NCBI GenBank assembly: GCA_963818475.1 | Contig: CAWFSF010000006.1 | Span: 1,056,001-1,120,000 of the forward strand | Length of the DNA: 64,000 nucleotides | Source: Nitrospirota bacterium | Lineage (GTDB): Bacteria > Nitrospirota > UBA9217 | Direction: 5' to 3' | Shown here: positions 1 to 14,056 of the stretch, in pieces | Layout: the number at the start of each line of letters is the position of its first letter | How positions within the stretch are numbered: the first letter of the stretch is position 1 | Position numbers and translations under genes: made by a program | The notes under the pieces: model-generated | The model's database searches: none | Seen by the model: only the letters and a program-made list of their open reading frames with translations | What the model was told of the DNA's origin: nothing

Positions 1-428
1 TGGTCCGGTAGTCGGCTATTTCGATGACTGCCCAAGGGTTCCTTGAGATAGGAGGTGAACGCATTCTTCACAGCAGATTGCGCCTGATCCAGCGTGAGGC
101 CGGCCACCCTGACGCTGCCGACGAAGGGAAGATGGAGATTGCCCGCGCCATCCACCCTGCTCCCCTTGCCACCGGCGACTGTCGAGAACTCCGGCTTTCC
201 TGATACGTTGACGAACAGGATGTCTCCGGGTCCGAGCAGATACTCATCACGCATCACCACGGTTCCTGTTTCCTGTGAAGTGAGGCTTACGGTTTCCTGC
301 TCGACAACAGGATTGATCTGTTTGACCGTGCCCGGAGGATAGGTGCTGTAGGGGGCGCAACCGGAAAAGAGCAATAAGAAGAAGCTGCAGGAGCAGAGAA
401 CAAATCTAAAGGACAGATCACGTTTCAT
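1..428 (-). CDS. wza: Polysaccharide export outer-membrane lipoprotein (Wza/Poly_export family), truncated by the window edge
   Basis: Manual translation, not in the ORF track: MKRDLSFRFVLCSCSFFLLLFSGC (lipobox) ... EYLLGPGDILFVNVSGKPE ... RVDGAGNLHLPFVGSVRVAGLTLDQ. Probable 1-bp indel near nt 35. Confidence 0.85.
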   Translation of the reverse strand, partial: MKRDLSFRFVLCSCSFFLLLFSGCAPYSTYPPGTVKQINPVVEQETVSLTSQETGTVVMRDEYLLGPGDILFVNVSGKPEFSTVAGGKGSRVDGAGNLHLPFVGSVRVAGLTLDQAQSAVKNAFTSYLKEPLGSHRNSRLPD

Positions 429-470
429 CAATAATGGTTACCTTTTTATTAGAAAGCGTTAAGATGTTGA

Positions 471-499
471 TTTATAACTCTTTGCAGAGAATAAGTCAA
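471..499 (-). promoter_or_regulatory. Putative sigma70 promoter for wza
   Basis: TTGACT-17bp-TATAAA on the minus strand. Confidence 0.45.
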
Positions 500-744
500 C
501 AAAAGAGCCATCAAACATACGAGCGTAAAAGTTCACATGTTTTTTGCAGAAAGCCGAGATCTTGATGGTCGTCTGAAACCGGCTATCCGTAATACTTTAA
601 GTTGTGGTATTATAAGGCAATAGGGAGGCAAAGTAAAGGTTGTTGATGGGGTATTTTCAGGGTATTTGTTTTTGGAGTGCGGCAACGATCAGCGTCTCTG
701 TAGTTGGCAAAGATGATGTAATGCCTGATGATAGGGCTGATTCC

Positions 745-1341
745 CTACTTCTTCCCTATCTTCGATTCCGTCCCCGCGATGAGCCGTTTGATGTTATCCC
801 GATGCTTGGCGTAGATCATGCCAAAGAGAAAGAGCGAGAGCAGACGGAGGTCTTTTGAGGGATAGAGAGTAAATGTATACAGAGGATAGAGTGCAAATGC
901 AGTGAGTGCAGCAAGAGAGGAGTAGCGCCAGATAAAGGCGGCGACGGCCCAAGTGATGAGGCTTGCGAGCGCTGCCAGCGGCGTGAGCGCCAGAGCAACG
1001 CCGAAACTGGTGGCAACGCCCTTCCCGCCTTTGAACCCCAGATAGACCGGGAAGGTGTGGCCGAGCAATGCCGCAACTCCTGACAGCATGGAGGTGTAGT
1101 CGTTGTTCAGCAGCACCCTGATCGCAAGGACCGGCAACAGGCCTTTGAGGCAGTCGGCAAGCAGCGTCAGGAGCGCGGCCTTCTTTCCGGCTGCGCGCAG
1201 AACATTGGTTGCGCCGATATTCCCGCTTCCCACGGTCCGCACATCGATATCGGAGAACCAGCGGGTGAAGAGCAGCCCGAAAGGTATTGCCCCGATGAGG
1301 TAGCAGAGGATGATGGCGGCGATATGAAGTGCAGTGTTCAT
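745..1341 (-). CDS. plsY: Glycerol-3-phosphate acyltransferase PlsY
   Basis: YLIGAIPFG, GSGNIGATN, GHTFPVYLGFKGGKGVAT, HRDNIKRL motifs. Confidence 0.96.
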   Translation of the reverse strand: MNTALHIAAIILCYLIGAIPFGLLFTRWFSDIDVRTVGSGNIGATNVLRAAGKKAALLTLLADCLKGLLPVLAIRVLLNNDYTSMLSGVAALLGHTFPVYLGFKGGKGVATSFGVALALTPLAALASLITWAVAAFIWRYSSLAALTAFALYPLYTFTLYPSKDLRLLSLFLFGMIYAKHRDNIKRLIAGTESKIGKK

Positions 1342-1363
1342 AGGAGTATAACCCAGGTATTTT

Positions 1364-1418
1364 AGGCTGAAGACGGAAGGCTGATCTAAAAACCTTCAAC
1401 TTCAGTCTATTCACCTGA
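1364..1418. repeat. REP-like imperfect hairpin built from (A/G)CTGAAG heptamers
   Basis: AGGCTGAAGACGGAAGG ... CCTTCAACTTCAGTCTATTCACCTGA; a related inverted copy lies at 15036-15060. Confidence 0.55.
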
Positions 1419-1424
1419 ATAGTT

Positions 1425-1976
1425 TTAGCTGTTCAACTTGTTCCAGTAGGTCCTGAAATACTGCACTGCCGAGTATACGGCGAGGATCATGGCGACCCAG
1501 AGCGCGATTATACCGAGATCGGTCATCCAGTCCTGGTCGAAATACTGATACAGGAGCAAAGAGAGGACGGCCGTGATCTGCGCGCCGACCTTGTACTTGC
1601 CGACCGTCTCGGCAGGGATGACGACGCCGTCACTTGCGGCGATCGCGCGAAGGCCGGTCACGGCAAATTCCCTGCCGATGATCAGGATCGCGATCCAGGA
1701 GTGGACCACGTCGGGTTTCAGCTCGACCAGGACCACCAGGGCGGCCATGATCAGGATCTTGTCGGCAATGGGATCGAGCAGTTTCCCCACCTTGGTCACC
1801 TGCCCCCATTTTCGCGCAAGGTAGCCGTCCAGCCAGTCCGTGGCGGATGCAATGGAGAATACGACGCCGGCTGCAAGGGCGCGCAGGGGGCTCGGATCGA
1901 GCATGAGGACGATGAACACGGGGACAGCCAGGATTCTGCTCATTGAGAGAAGGTTCGGGACATTGAATATTTTCAC
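1425..1976 (-). CDS. pgsA: CDP-diacylglycerol--glycerol-3-phosphate 3-phosphatidyltransferase
   Basis: NVPNLLS..R and TDWLDGYLARKWGQVTKVGKLLDPIADK; GTG start at 1976 overlaps the upstream TGA. Confidence 0.93.
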   Translation of the reverse strand: MKIFNVPNLLSMSRILAVPVFIVLMLDPSPLRALAAGVVFSIASATDWLDGYLARKWGQVTKVGKLLDPIADKILIMAALVVLVELKPDVVHSWIAILIIGREFAVTGLRAIAASDGVVIPAETVGKYKVGAQITAVLSLLLYQYFDQDWMTDLGIIALWVAMILAVYSAVQYFRTYWNKLNS

Positions 1977-2872
1977 GGTTGCTTCCTCCACCTTCGGTGC
2001 ATCCAGACCCATTGCTCGGGCTCACGCATGATGCATTCCTCGATCTTCCGGTTGAACAGCGCTGTATTCGTTATGATGTCCTGTTCGATATTACCCGTCC
2101 TGACCAGCTCCAGAGGGCCTTCAACGATCACGGTGTGCCGGTTGTCCTTTCCCCGCCGCGTATATCCGAAGACGACGGGAGCGTTGAATTTGAGCGCCAT
2201 GGAAGCCGCGGCGGTCGGGGTCCAGGCCGGCCGTCCCATGAAATCAACGAAGGCGCCCTCGACATCGGTATCCTGGTCAATGAGGATGCCCAGGATGCGG
2301 TTTTCCTTGAAAATGCGTATCAGCTGGCGGGAAGCGCCCGGTTTGCCGCGCAGGATGACCTTCATGCCGACCCGTTCGCGCAGCCGGACAAGCAGGTCAT
2401 TCAAGGGCTCGGGCTTGATCGGCGCCGCTACAACGCTGAGCGGGAAGTGCTGCGCAACGAACCCGCCGCAGAGTTCCCAGTTCCCGATATGACCCGTCAT
2501 ATACACGACACCCTTGCCTGCTGCGAGAGCAGTGCGAAGGTTGGCTTCGCCCGGAAAATCGGCTATCGTGGCCAACCGCTCCGGGGTCATCAGCATGAAC
2601 TCAAGCATGGACTTGCCGAGGTGCATGAAGCTTCTGCGGGCCGTTCGTTTGATCCAGGCATCACCGCGGTCGGCGAAGACCGAGGTCAGGTGCGTCAGCG
2701 CCCTTTTTCGTTCCCGCGGGAGAATATAGTAGCCCAGGAACCCCAGTGCCGCGCCTGCCTGAACGCCGAATCCATAGGGAACCAGACGTGAGATGATCCA
2801 GATAAGCCTGATCGACCAGAGCAGAGAAATGCGGCTGAGCGTTTTTCTCAATGTGATCAGGCGGCGTTTCAT
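1973..2872 (-). CDS. Lipid A late acyltransferase (LpxL/HtrB family)
   Basis: HIGNWE, LIDQD, FMGRPA.T, PEQWVWMHRRWR motifs; located in the Kdo cluster. Confidence 0.9.
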   Translation of the reverse strand: MKRRLITLRKTLSRISLLWSIRLIWIISRLVPYGFGVQAGAALGFLGYYILPRERKRALTHLTSVFADRGDAWIKRTARRSFMHLGKSMLEFMLMTPERLATIADFPGEANLRTALAAGKGVVYMTGHIGNWELCGGFVAQHFPLSVVAAPIKPEPLNDLLVRLRERVGMKVILRGKPGASRQLIRIFKENRILGILIDQDTDVEGAFVDFMGRPAWTPTAAASMALKFNAPVVFGYTRRGKDNRHTVIVEGPLELVRTGNIEQDIITNTALFNRKIEECIMREPEQWVWMHRRWRKQP

Positions 2873-3387
2873 GCAGTCGGGTGATTACCCTGTTTTTTGA
2901 GGATAAGGTTGATGAGCTCGCGGACGGCCCCGCGGCCTCCTGATGCCCTGGTGACCAGGTCGGTGAAGGGCTTCACTGCCGGATCAGCGTCTGCAACGGT
3001 TACGGCGAGAGCAGCCCGTTTAAAGATCGCAAGGTCGACAACGTCATCGCCCATATACGCGACTTCGGCATCGCGGAACCCGTATTTTTTCAGGATCTGG
3101 TCGTACACGGCGATCTTCTCGTGTGCGCCCTGATGGACCTCGGTAATGCCCAGTTCCCGGGCACGGATGTTCACGACCTCGGATTTCCTGCCAGTAATGA
3201 TGCCGATGGTGATGCCGGCCCTTTGCGCCAGTTTGATGCCGTGGCCGTCGCGCACGTGGAACGCCTTCAGCTCATTGCCCTGGTTGTCCAGAATGATCCT
3301 GCCGTCGGTCAGTACGCCGTCCACGTCGAGCAGGAGCAGTTTGATGTTTTTCGCTTTTGTCTGGACGCTTGTTTTGGTTTTTCGCAT
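2869..3387 (-). CDS. kdsC: Kdo-8-phosphate phosphatase
   Basis: HAD motif LDVDGVLTDG, F.VRDGHG, GDD..D, GGRGAVRE. Confidence 0.95.
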   Translation of the reverse strand: MRKTKTSVQTKAKNIKLLLLDVDGVLTDGRIILDNQGNELKAFHVRDGHGIKLAQRAGITIGIITGRKSEVVNIRARELGITEVHQGAHEKIAVYDQILKKYGFRDAEVAYMGDDVVDLAIFKRAALAVTVADADPAVKPFTDLVTRASGGRGAVRELINLILKKQGNHPTA

Positions 3388-3443
3388 AATAGGTGAAGGT
3401 TATTCCGCGTATGTTGAACTTCTCACTTCTCACTTGATTCACT

Positions 3444-4411
3444 TCAAACCACCCCGGCCTTCAGCAGATCATGCAGATGGATGACGCCTTCCGGTCTTTT
3501 TTGCGCGTCAGCCACGATCAGGCAGGTGATGGAATTCTTTTCCATGATGGCCACGGCCTCCGCTGCCAGAGAGTCCTTGTTGGCCACTTTCGGGTTTTTG
3601 GTCATGATCTCCCCTGCTTTTTTCGCAAGCAGGTTCTCGCCCGTTTTCTCGGTCTTTTCCATCCAGCGCCGCAGGTCGCCATCGGAAATGACGCCGACCA
3701 GTTTGCCTGCTGCATCGAGGACAGCCGTCACGCCCATCTTTTTCGAGGAGATCTCAAAGATGGCGTCCTTGATCAGCGTCTTTTCGCTGACAGTCGGTAT
3801 ATCATTTCCACTATGCATAAGGTCGCGCACGCGCAGCAGCAGTCGTTTGCCCAGCGCGCCGCCGGGATGGAAACAGGCGAAATCCTCGGGCCTGAACCCG
3901 CGTTTGTCCAGCAGCGCCACCGCCAGGGCGTCCCCCATGGCAAGGGCCGCGGTGGTGCTTGCCGTCGGCGCAAGCCCCAGGGGGCAGGCTTCCTCCTTCA
4001 CCCCTACATCGAGCACTACGTCGCTGTTCTTGGCAAGGGTGGATTCTTTGTTGCCGGTCAGGGCAATGATCTGGATCGCGAGTCGTTTGAGCGACGGGAG
4101 CATGCGGGCGATCTCTTCGGTCTCTCCGCTGTTCGAGAGCGCGATCACCACATCGCCCCGCATGACCATGCCGAGGTCGCCGTGGACGCCTTCCGCAGGA
4201 TGCAGGAACAGCGCCGGCGTGCCTGTGGAAGCCAGTGTGGCGGCGATCTTTTTCCCGATCTGGCCGGACTTGCCCATGCCGGTGACGACCACTCTGCCTT
4301 TGCTGTCCAGCACCATAGCGACTGCCTGCTCGAAGGTCGCATCGATCCGGTCGATCAACGCAGCCACGGCATCGGCTTCGATCCTGAGCACCCGTTTTGC
4401 CTGTTCGATCG

Positions 4412-4415
<4 letters not shown>
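3444..4415 (-). CDS. kdsD: Arabinose-5-phosphate isomerase (KpsF/GutQ; SIS plus two CBS domains)
   Basis: GMGKSG, HGDLG, SNSGET, EACPLGLAPTAST, HPGGALG. Confidence 0.95.
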
Positions 4416-7667
<3,252 letters not shown>

Positions 7668-7873
7668 AGGATTTATTTGGACTGCATTAAAGAATAAAAA
7701 ATCTTTGACACGGATAAAATCTGATAACGGCTATGATAACGTCGGATACATCAAGGCCGTATCATGATTCTTCATAATTTAATCCGCCGTCGCTTAGAAG
7801 CGCCTACTTCTGGGTTCAGTGTCAAAGGTTCTTTTTCTTGTCGTAAAATCTGCGGACAAAAAAATCCGGTTCG

Positions 7874-8808
7874 TCAGGCCGACAGCTCTTTTTTGAAGTA
7901 TTCGATCGTTCTTTTCAGACCGTCATCCACCGATACGCGGGGCTTCCAGCCGAGCTTTGTCGCCTGCGAGAGTAGATGTCAGGCTGACGCTGCGTCGGGT
8001 CGTCCGATGGCAGTGGCTGGTGAATGATCTTCGACTTCGACCCGGTCATGGCAACGATCTTTTTTGCAAAATCCAGGATGGTATACTCCTCGGGGTTTCC
8101 CAGGTTCACGGGGCCGATAAAGTTCTCGCTGTCCATCATCCTGACCATGCCATCGACCAGGTCGTCAACATAGCAGAACGAACGGGTCTGGGACCCCTCT
8201 CCATAGACTGTGATGTCCCGGCCTTTGAGCGCCTGAACGATGAAGTTGCTCACCACCCGGCCGTCATTCTGCAGCATGCGCGGGCCGTAGGTGTTGAAGA
8301 TCCGAACGATCTTGATGTCCACGTGGTTCTGGCGGTGATAGTCCATCATGAGGGTCTCGGATGCCCGTTTACCCTCGTCATAGCAGCTTCTGATGCCGAT
8401 GGGGTTGACGTTGCCCCAATAGGCCTCGGTTTGCGGATGGACGATGGGATCACCGTATACTTCTGAGGTTGACGCAAGGAGGATCCGGGCCTTCGTCCTT
8501 TTCGCCATGCCGAGCATGTTGAGCGTGCCGAGGATGTTCGTTTTGATGGTTTTCACCGGGTTGTACTGATAATGTATGGGCGAAGCCGGGCAGGCCAGGT
8601 GATAGATCCTGTCCACTTCCAGCAAAATGGGAAACACTATATCGTGCCGCACCAGTTCAAAGGCGGGATTTCTTAAAAATTCCGTAATATTGTTCTTTCT
8701 GCCGGTAAAGAAATTATCCAGGCAGAGCACCTCATGTCCTTCCTTGAGCAGGCGCTCGCACAGGTGTGACCCTAAAAATCCAGCGCCGCCGGTAACCAAT
8801 ATTCGCAT
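7874..8808 (-). CDS. UDP-glucuronate decarboxylase (UDP-xylose synthase type); apparent frameshift near 7965
   Basis: [29 protein letters not shown]. The conserved C-terminus ([20 protein letters not shown]) continues in another frame to TGA at 7874. Confidence 0.92.
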
Positions 8809-8809
8809 G

Positions 8810-10144
8810 CTATCTTCTCCCGATGCCGTAGTAGGTGAATCCCATCTTCTTGAGCTCTTCCTGGTTATAGATGTTCCTGCCGTCGAAGATGACCGGTTTT
8901 TTCATGAGCTTTTTTATCTTCTGGAAGTCGGGCTTCCGGAACTCGTTCCACTCGGTCACCACAGCGAGCGCATCGGCTCCCCGGAGCGCGTCATAGCCGT
9001 CCTGCATGATCCCGATCCTGTTCTTGAAGATCTTGCGGGCCTCAGGTTCGGCTATGGGATCGTGCGCTCTGATGGCGGCCCCGGCGCGAAGCAGGCTGTT
9101 GATAATGACGACCGACGGCGCCTCGCGCATATCATCGGTGTTCGGCTTGAATGAAAGGCCCCATACCGCGATCACTTTGCCTTCCAGCGGTTTTTTCAGG
9201 GAGGCTGCTTTTTTGGTCCCTTTTTCTGCAAAGTGCCGGAGTATCATGGTCGATAACTGCGACTTCTGCCGTTCGTTCACCGCTTCGACCGACCTCAGTA
9301 CTTTCGCGTCAACGCCATAGTCTTTGGCGGTCTGGACCAGGGCTTTGACATCCTTGGGAAAGCAGGATCCGCCGTATCCCACGCCCGGGAAGAGGAATTC
9401 GAATCCGATGCGCCGGTCGTACCCCATCCCCTTGCGCACGTTGTCGATATCGGCGCCGAGGCTGGCGCAGATGACCGCCATTTCGTTGATAAAGGATATC
9501 TTCGTGGCGAGCATGGCGTTCGATGCATACTTGGTCATCTCTGCGCTTCTGATGTCCATGATCAGGATCGGCTTTCCCGTGCGCACGAACGGCGCATAGA
9601 GCTCCTGCATCAGCGCTGCCGCTTTGGGGCTGTCGACGCCGATGACGACGCGGTCGGGCTTCATAAAGTCCTCGATGGCCGCACCTTCTTTCAGGAACTC
9701 GGGATTGGAAACAACATCGAATTTCTGTTTGGTTCTGCCCGCAATGGCTGCTCTGACCTTGTCGCCGGTGCCGACCGGGACCGTGCTCTTGTTGACGACG
9801 ACCGTGTATCCGGACAGATGCGCGCCGATATCGCGGGCTGCGCCGAGCACGTATTTAAGGTCTGCAGAACCGTCCTCTCCCGGCGGCGTGCCCACGGCAA
9901 TGAAGATGACGTCCGCTTTCTTAACGGCGGCACGGATGTCGGTGGTAAAGCTCAGCCTGCCGTGGGCCACGTTCCGCTTGACCAGTTCTTCCAGCCCCGG
10001 TTCATAGATCGGTACGCTGCCTGCATTGAGCAGGTCGATCTTTTTTTTATCGATGTCCATGCAGATGACATCGCTGCCGCTTTCAGCAAGGCAGGTGCCG
10101 GTAACGAGGCCGACGTAGCCTGTTCCGATTACTGAGATTTTCAT
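8810..10144 (-). CDS. ugd: UDP-glucose 6-dehydrogenase
   Basis: [40 protein letters not shown]. Confidence 0.95.
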   Translation of the reverse strand: MKISVIGTGYVGLVTGTCLAESGSDVICMDIDKKKIDLLNAGSVPIYEPGLEELVKRNVAHGRLSFTTDIRAAVKKADVIFIAVGTPPGEDGSADLKYVLGAARDIGAHLSGYTVVVNKSTVPVGTGDKVRAAIAGRTKQKFDVVSNPEFLKEGAAIEDFMKPDRVVIGVDSPKAAALMQELYAPFVRTGKPILIMDIRSAEMTKYASNAMLATKISFINEMAVICASLGADIDNVRKGMGYDRRIGFEFLFPGVGYGGSCFPKDVKALVQTAKDYGVDAKVLRSVEAVNERQKSQLSTMILRHFAEKGTKKAASLKKPLEGKVIAVWGLSFKPNTDDMREAPSVVIINSLLRAGAAIRAHDPIAEPEARKIFKNRIGIMQDGYDALRGADALAVVTEWNEFRKPDFQKIKKLMKKPVIFDGRNIYNQEELKKMGFTYYGIGRR

Positions 10145-10183
10145 GCGAGTTTCCCCTTCTGTATTAACCGATAAACGAAGTTA

Positions 10184-10300
10184 GCCACATAAAGCACATA
10201 AGTCACATAGACAAAACAATAAAGCTGAAATGACTGAAGTTATCGCCAAGTCAGAAAGCGCACGCACTGATTATTTTGTGAATTCTGTGCATTTTGTGGC
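10184..10300. repeat. 117-bp MITE-like element with 27-bp terminal inverted repeats made of 9-bp units
   Basis: Left end GCCACATAAAGCACATAAGTCACATAG; right end reverse-complemented GCCACAAAATGCACAGAATTCACAAAA; TTA on both flanks. Confidence 0.65.
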
Positions 10301-10361
10301 TTAACCCGTTTTTGAGGATTAATGCTCCGGCCCGGTGGTTCACCGGGTTGTCCGCGGACGG

Positions 10362-11383
10362 TCAGACCTTTTTCGACCGTTTCTCCAGCGTGCTGTCCGC
10401 GGTGATCTTTTGTTTTAGTTCTTCGGGCTTCACGGTCGCGGTCCCGACAATGCCGACCACGATACCGGCAGCGAAATTCGACAGCCGTGCCGCATCGCCG
10501 AGGCTGGCGCCGGCCGCCATCGCCAGGGTGAGCACGCTGATGACCGTATCGCCGGCCCCGGTGACGTCGTAGACCTCGCGTGCGACCGTCGGAATGTGGG
10601 TGATCCCGCCCCGTTCGAAAAGGCTCATGCCGTGTTCACCGCGCGTGATGAGCACTGCGTTGCATTTGAGGCGGTTCAGCAGCTGTTTGCCGGCCCTGAG
10701 CAAGCTCTTCTCATCATTGATATCGATCTTGGAGCCCAGCGATGCTTCCTTGGTGTTCGGGGTCAGGATGGTGACGCCGCTGTAAATGTTGAAGTGACTG
10801 ATCTTGGGGTCCACGGACACGACGACCTTATGCTTCCTCGCCAGGGTCACGATGTCGCGCACCAGGCCTTTGGTGACGACCCCTTTGCAATAGTCGGACA
10901 ATACGATGGCATCCAGTCCGTCCAGGACCTGCTGCTTCACGTACGCGTAGATCTGTTGGTGGGTCTCTTTCTCGATGCTGCTCTTCGCCTCGCGGTCGAA
11001 GCGCACCACCTGCTGGCTGTGGGCAATGATCCGTGTCTTGATCGTCGTCGGCCGGTTGTGCTCGACAATGAGGCCGTCGGTATGGATGCCCTGCTGCCGC
11101 AGCATATGCACGAGCTGCCTGCCTGCATCGTCATTGCCGATGACGCCGCAGACGTCGACATTGCCGCCGAGGGCGTGGATGTTGTTCACCACGTTGGTCG
11201 CAGCGCCGAGAAGCAGGTTCTCCCGGTGACGTTCACGACCGGTACCGGCGCCTCGGGTGATATGCGGGACACGCTGCCCCAGATGTAGTGGTCGAGCATG
11301 ACGTCACCGACCACGAGCGTCCGTGTCGCGGGAAATTTATCAATGAAGGCTATGAGGCGTTTGGTTTCGCTTTTCGTGGTCAT
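10362..11383 (-). CDS. rfaE1: D-glycero-beta-D-manno-heptose-7-phosphate kinase (stand-alone HldE kinase domain); apparent frameshift at about 11190-11225
   Basis: [22 protein letters not shown] in ORF 11186-11383, then [24 protein letters not shown] in ORF 10362-11192. Confidence 0.92.
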
Positions 11384-12174
11384 TTCTTCTGTTCTCCGAA
11401 TTTCAGGTCAACAAGGGTGGAGACGATGGATCCGATGCTGATGACACTTTTCATGAGCACGGGTATCCTCCGGGCATCGTCGGTGAGCCAGAAGTAGATT
11501 TCGCCTTTGTGCTGAAAAACCCCTTCATATTTGGGATAGGTCCTGAGCTTGATCGTATTGATCTCGCCGAAGATGGTCGTGATCTTTTCCCGCCCCAGCA
11601 CCTGCACGTCTACCTTCCAGGTCTTACCATCGTCGTGGACATTGAAGGTGATCGTTTTTCCGTTGGCAAGGTCTGGTCTCGTCCTCAAGTAGTACAGGGC
11701 GGAGAGCGCGTCCTGCGTATCGGCCGGAACGGGATAGGTGGCCTCTTGCCCGTCAGAACGCACGACAACGGTACGATCCTTAAGGTTGAACGTCATGTCC
11801 CTTTTCTTTTTGCGTTTGCCGTGGCTTTGATCAAGGTGAAAGGAAAGACTGGCGAGCGTTTCGCCGTCGACCGTGCTGTCGATCCGGTCTGCAACTTTAT
11901 AGAACTTGTGGACGATTCCCGCCGAACGCGCCGTTGAGGTAAGATGATAGATTGTTCTACCATCGAGCGTCTTTTCTTCATTCACTTTCATGACAGCCGT
12001 GCCTGCATGTATGATATCGGACCACGCGATGGTATACGTAAGCGTTTCTCCTGCCTTGAAGGCATGGTTGACGGTCTTCGTATTATGTCCGTCTTCTGCC
12101 CGTATGTTCCGGGTGGAGAGCAGAAGCACGCACATACCTATCATGAACCACAGGCGCGCATGTGTTGTCTTCAT
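11380..12174 (-). CDS. Exported DUF3108-type protein
   Basis: Signal peptide; F..GE.L.Y...W....AG.A, D.LSA.Y.LR, WLTDD.RRIPV pattern. Confidence 0.75.
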   Translation of the reverse strand: MKTTHARLWFMIGMCVLLLSTRNIRAEDGHNTKTVNHAFKAGETLTYTIAWSDIIHAGTAVMKVNEEKTLDGRTIYHLTSTARSAGIVHKFYKVADRIDSTVDGETLASLSFHLDQSHGKRKKKRDMTFNLKDRTVVVRSDGQEATYPVPADTQDALSALYYLRTRPDLANGKTITFNVHDDGKTWKVDVQVLGREKITTIFGEINTIKLRTYPKYEGVFQHKGEIYFWLTDDARRIPVLMKSVISIGSIVSTLVDLKFGEQKK

Positions 12175-13173
12175 GGTATCCAGTTCCGCACTGCCTCAAA
12201 TACGTCGTTTACCGAGATCGCTTTCATGCAAGCCATGGTATTGAGGGGACAGTGCTTTTTTTCACAAGGAATGCATGGGAGCTGTTTGGCCAGTACAATA
12301 GTATTCCTCCCTACGGGACCGGTCCTGCGGGGATCGGTCGACCCGTAAAGACCGACGGTCGCCGTCTGCACAGCGGTCGCGAGGTGCAGCGGACCGGTAT
12401 CGGAGCTTACAAGGCATCGGCAGCGTGCCAGGAGCGCAGCGGACTCAGCGAGGTCGAACTTGCCGACCGTGCTAATGGCTTGCGTATGCATCGCTGCCAT
12501 AACTCCTTTGACGAGCTCGCGGTCTTCGCTTCCGCCGATAAAGATCACGAGGGCTCCGAGCTCTTTGGCCAACCGGTCAGCCAGCTCCGAGAATCGTTCC
12601 GGGAGCCAGTTCCGCGATGGCCGGGCAGCCCCGACACTGCAGTTTAGTGCTACCAGAGGTTGCTGCTGAGTAATCCCCTGCTCTGCCAGGAATCGGTCGA
12701 TCTTCGCTGCTGCCTCTGGCATGATCGGAAGGTCGATGCGGTCGATCGCTTCGCTGATCCCGAGCGGCTCCAACGTTTTCATGAAATTCTCGACAGCATG
12801 CAGGCGGCGTGCACCGGGGTCGACCCGCTTCTGTTTGCGATAGACGACGATGCGGCCGGCGCCGGAAAACTTTCGCAGGACCCATGAACGGACCGATGGC
12901 TGCATATCGACAAAGAGGTCAACATGCTTCCGGCGCAATTGCTAGACAGAAGGACAGAAAATCCGTCACGTTCCTTTTTAGATGGGCTTTGTTATATACA
13001 AGTACTTGGTCTGCAATGGGGGTCCCCTGCACCAGCCGTTCCTGTCCCGGGGATACTACGACCGTGATCTGCGCAGTAGGAAATGCACGTTTCAATGCTT
13101 TGAGCGACGGCAGGGTATGAAGAAAATCACCGATCGCGCCCGGTTTGTAAAATAGTATTCGTTCAATGCCCAT
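12171..13173 (-). CDS. GT9 family (heptosyltransferase-like) glycosyltransferase; apparent frameshift near 12935
   Basis: GAIGD.L..LP.L.ALK..FP in the 5' part; W..ERF..LA, DTGPLHLA.A, LYGSTDP.RTGP in the 3' part. Confidence 0.88.
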
Positions 13174-13409
13174 GATAATTTGGTACATTATATGCAAACT
13201 GTTCGTTTTTGTAAATATAATTATAAGGTGAGCGGTTTCAAAAAAATAAGAGCACGCAGCACTTCTATGGCCTGCATCAAGTATATTCGCTCATACCCAC
13301 AATGTGCTTGCAATGAAAAAGAGTAGCAGGTATGATTAAAAAGAGTATGATTGCGGTGAGTGATCAACGGTTTTTTCACCCGTCAAAAACGATAAGGGAG
13401 GTACTGATC

Positions 13410-13592
13410 ATGGCCACTCCGAAGGTTGACATGGACACCTGTATTGGTTGCGGTTTATGCGCTGAGCTCTGCCCCAAGGTTTTCGAACTCCGGGATGACA
13501 AAGCATGGGTCACCAACCCCAATGCATGCGATAGCTGCGACTGCCAGCAGGCCGTGGATAGCTGTCCGGTAACAGCAATCAGCATGGAATAG
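13410..13592 (+). CDS. Small single-cluster ferredoxin (60 aa)
   Basis: CIGCGLC..LCP ... SCPV.AI; SD GGAGG upstream of ATG 13410. Confidence 0.92.
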   Translation: MATPKVDMDTCIGCGLCAELCPKVFELRDDKAWVTNPNACDSCDCQQAVDSCPVTAISME

Positions 13593-13604
13593 GCAGCCCC
13601 CTAA

Positions 13605-13634
13605 TCCTGCGCCGCTTGACAATGCGGCGCAGGA
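13605..13634 (+). terminator. Hairpin downstream of ferredoxin
   Basis: TCCTGCGCCGC-8nt-GCGGCGCAGGA perfect 11-bp stem; weak U tract. Confidence 0.55.
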
Positions 13635-13688
13635 CATTTCCCTTGACAAAACCAGCTGTTTCTATATTATTCCCCTACGATATTCGAT

Positions 13689-13777
13689 GCCGCTGTGGCG
13701 AAATTGGCAGACGCAAGAGACTTAAAATCTCTCGACGGGCAACTGTCGTACCGGTTCGATCCCGGTCAGCGGCACCA
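13689..13777 (+). tRNA. tRNA-Leu(TAA)
   Basis: GCCGCTG/CAGCGGC acceptor stem, AGAGA-CTTAAAA-TCTCT anticodon arm, long variable arm, GGTTCGA T loop, encoded CCA; TTGACA at 13643 upstream. Confidence 0.97.
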
Positions 13778-13779
13778 CA

Positions 13780-13812
13780 AAAGGATTGGCTATTTTGCCA
13801 TTCCTTTTTTTA
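13780..13812 (+). terminator. Intrinsic terminator after tRNA-Leu
   Basis: AAAGGATTGGC-TATTTT-GCCATTCCTTT followed by a T run. Confidence 0.7.
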
Positions 13813-13953
13813 CTGATGTAGCTTTTTATGCACAGGTCTTTCGGATCAGGCGTCCAGTCCAATCGGTGGCCACATGATCGCTCATTCATCGACCATAGTG
13901 GGATGCACTATACTTCTAACACCTGTCCTGGGCCGTTCCATCCCAACAAATCC

Positions 13954-13982
13954 TTGACAATACAGCCTCAATATCCGATAAT
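13954..13982 (+). promoter_or_regulatory. Putative sigma70 promoter for accA
   Basis: TTGACA-17bp-GATAAT. Confidence 0.55.
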
Positions 13983-14056
13983 ATGCCCTCTTAATTGAAT
14001 AAAGAATATAGTCTTGCTGGTGCGCCCTGTTTTTAACCGGGTTGGAGGAGTACGAT

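Noticed and set aside
13689-13950. tRNA-Leu as an integration site
   Set aside because: No integrase and no duplicated tRNA 3' end were seen; the tRNA is followed by a terminator and accA.
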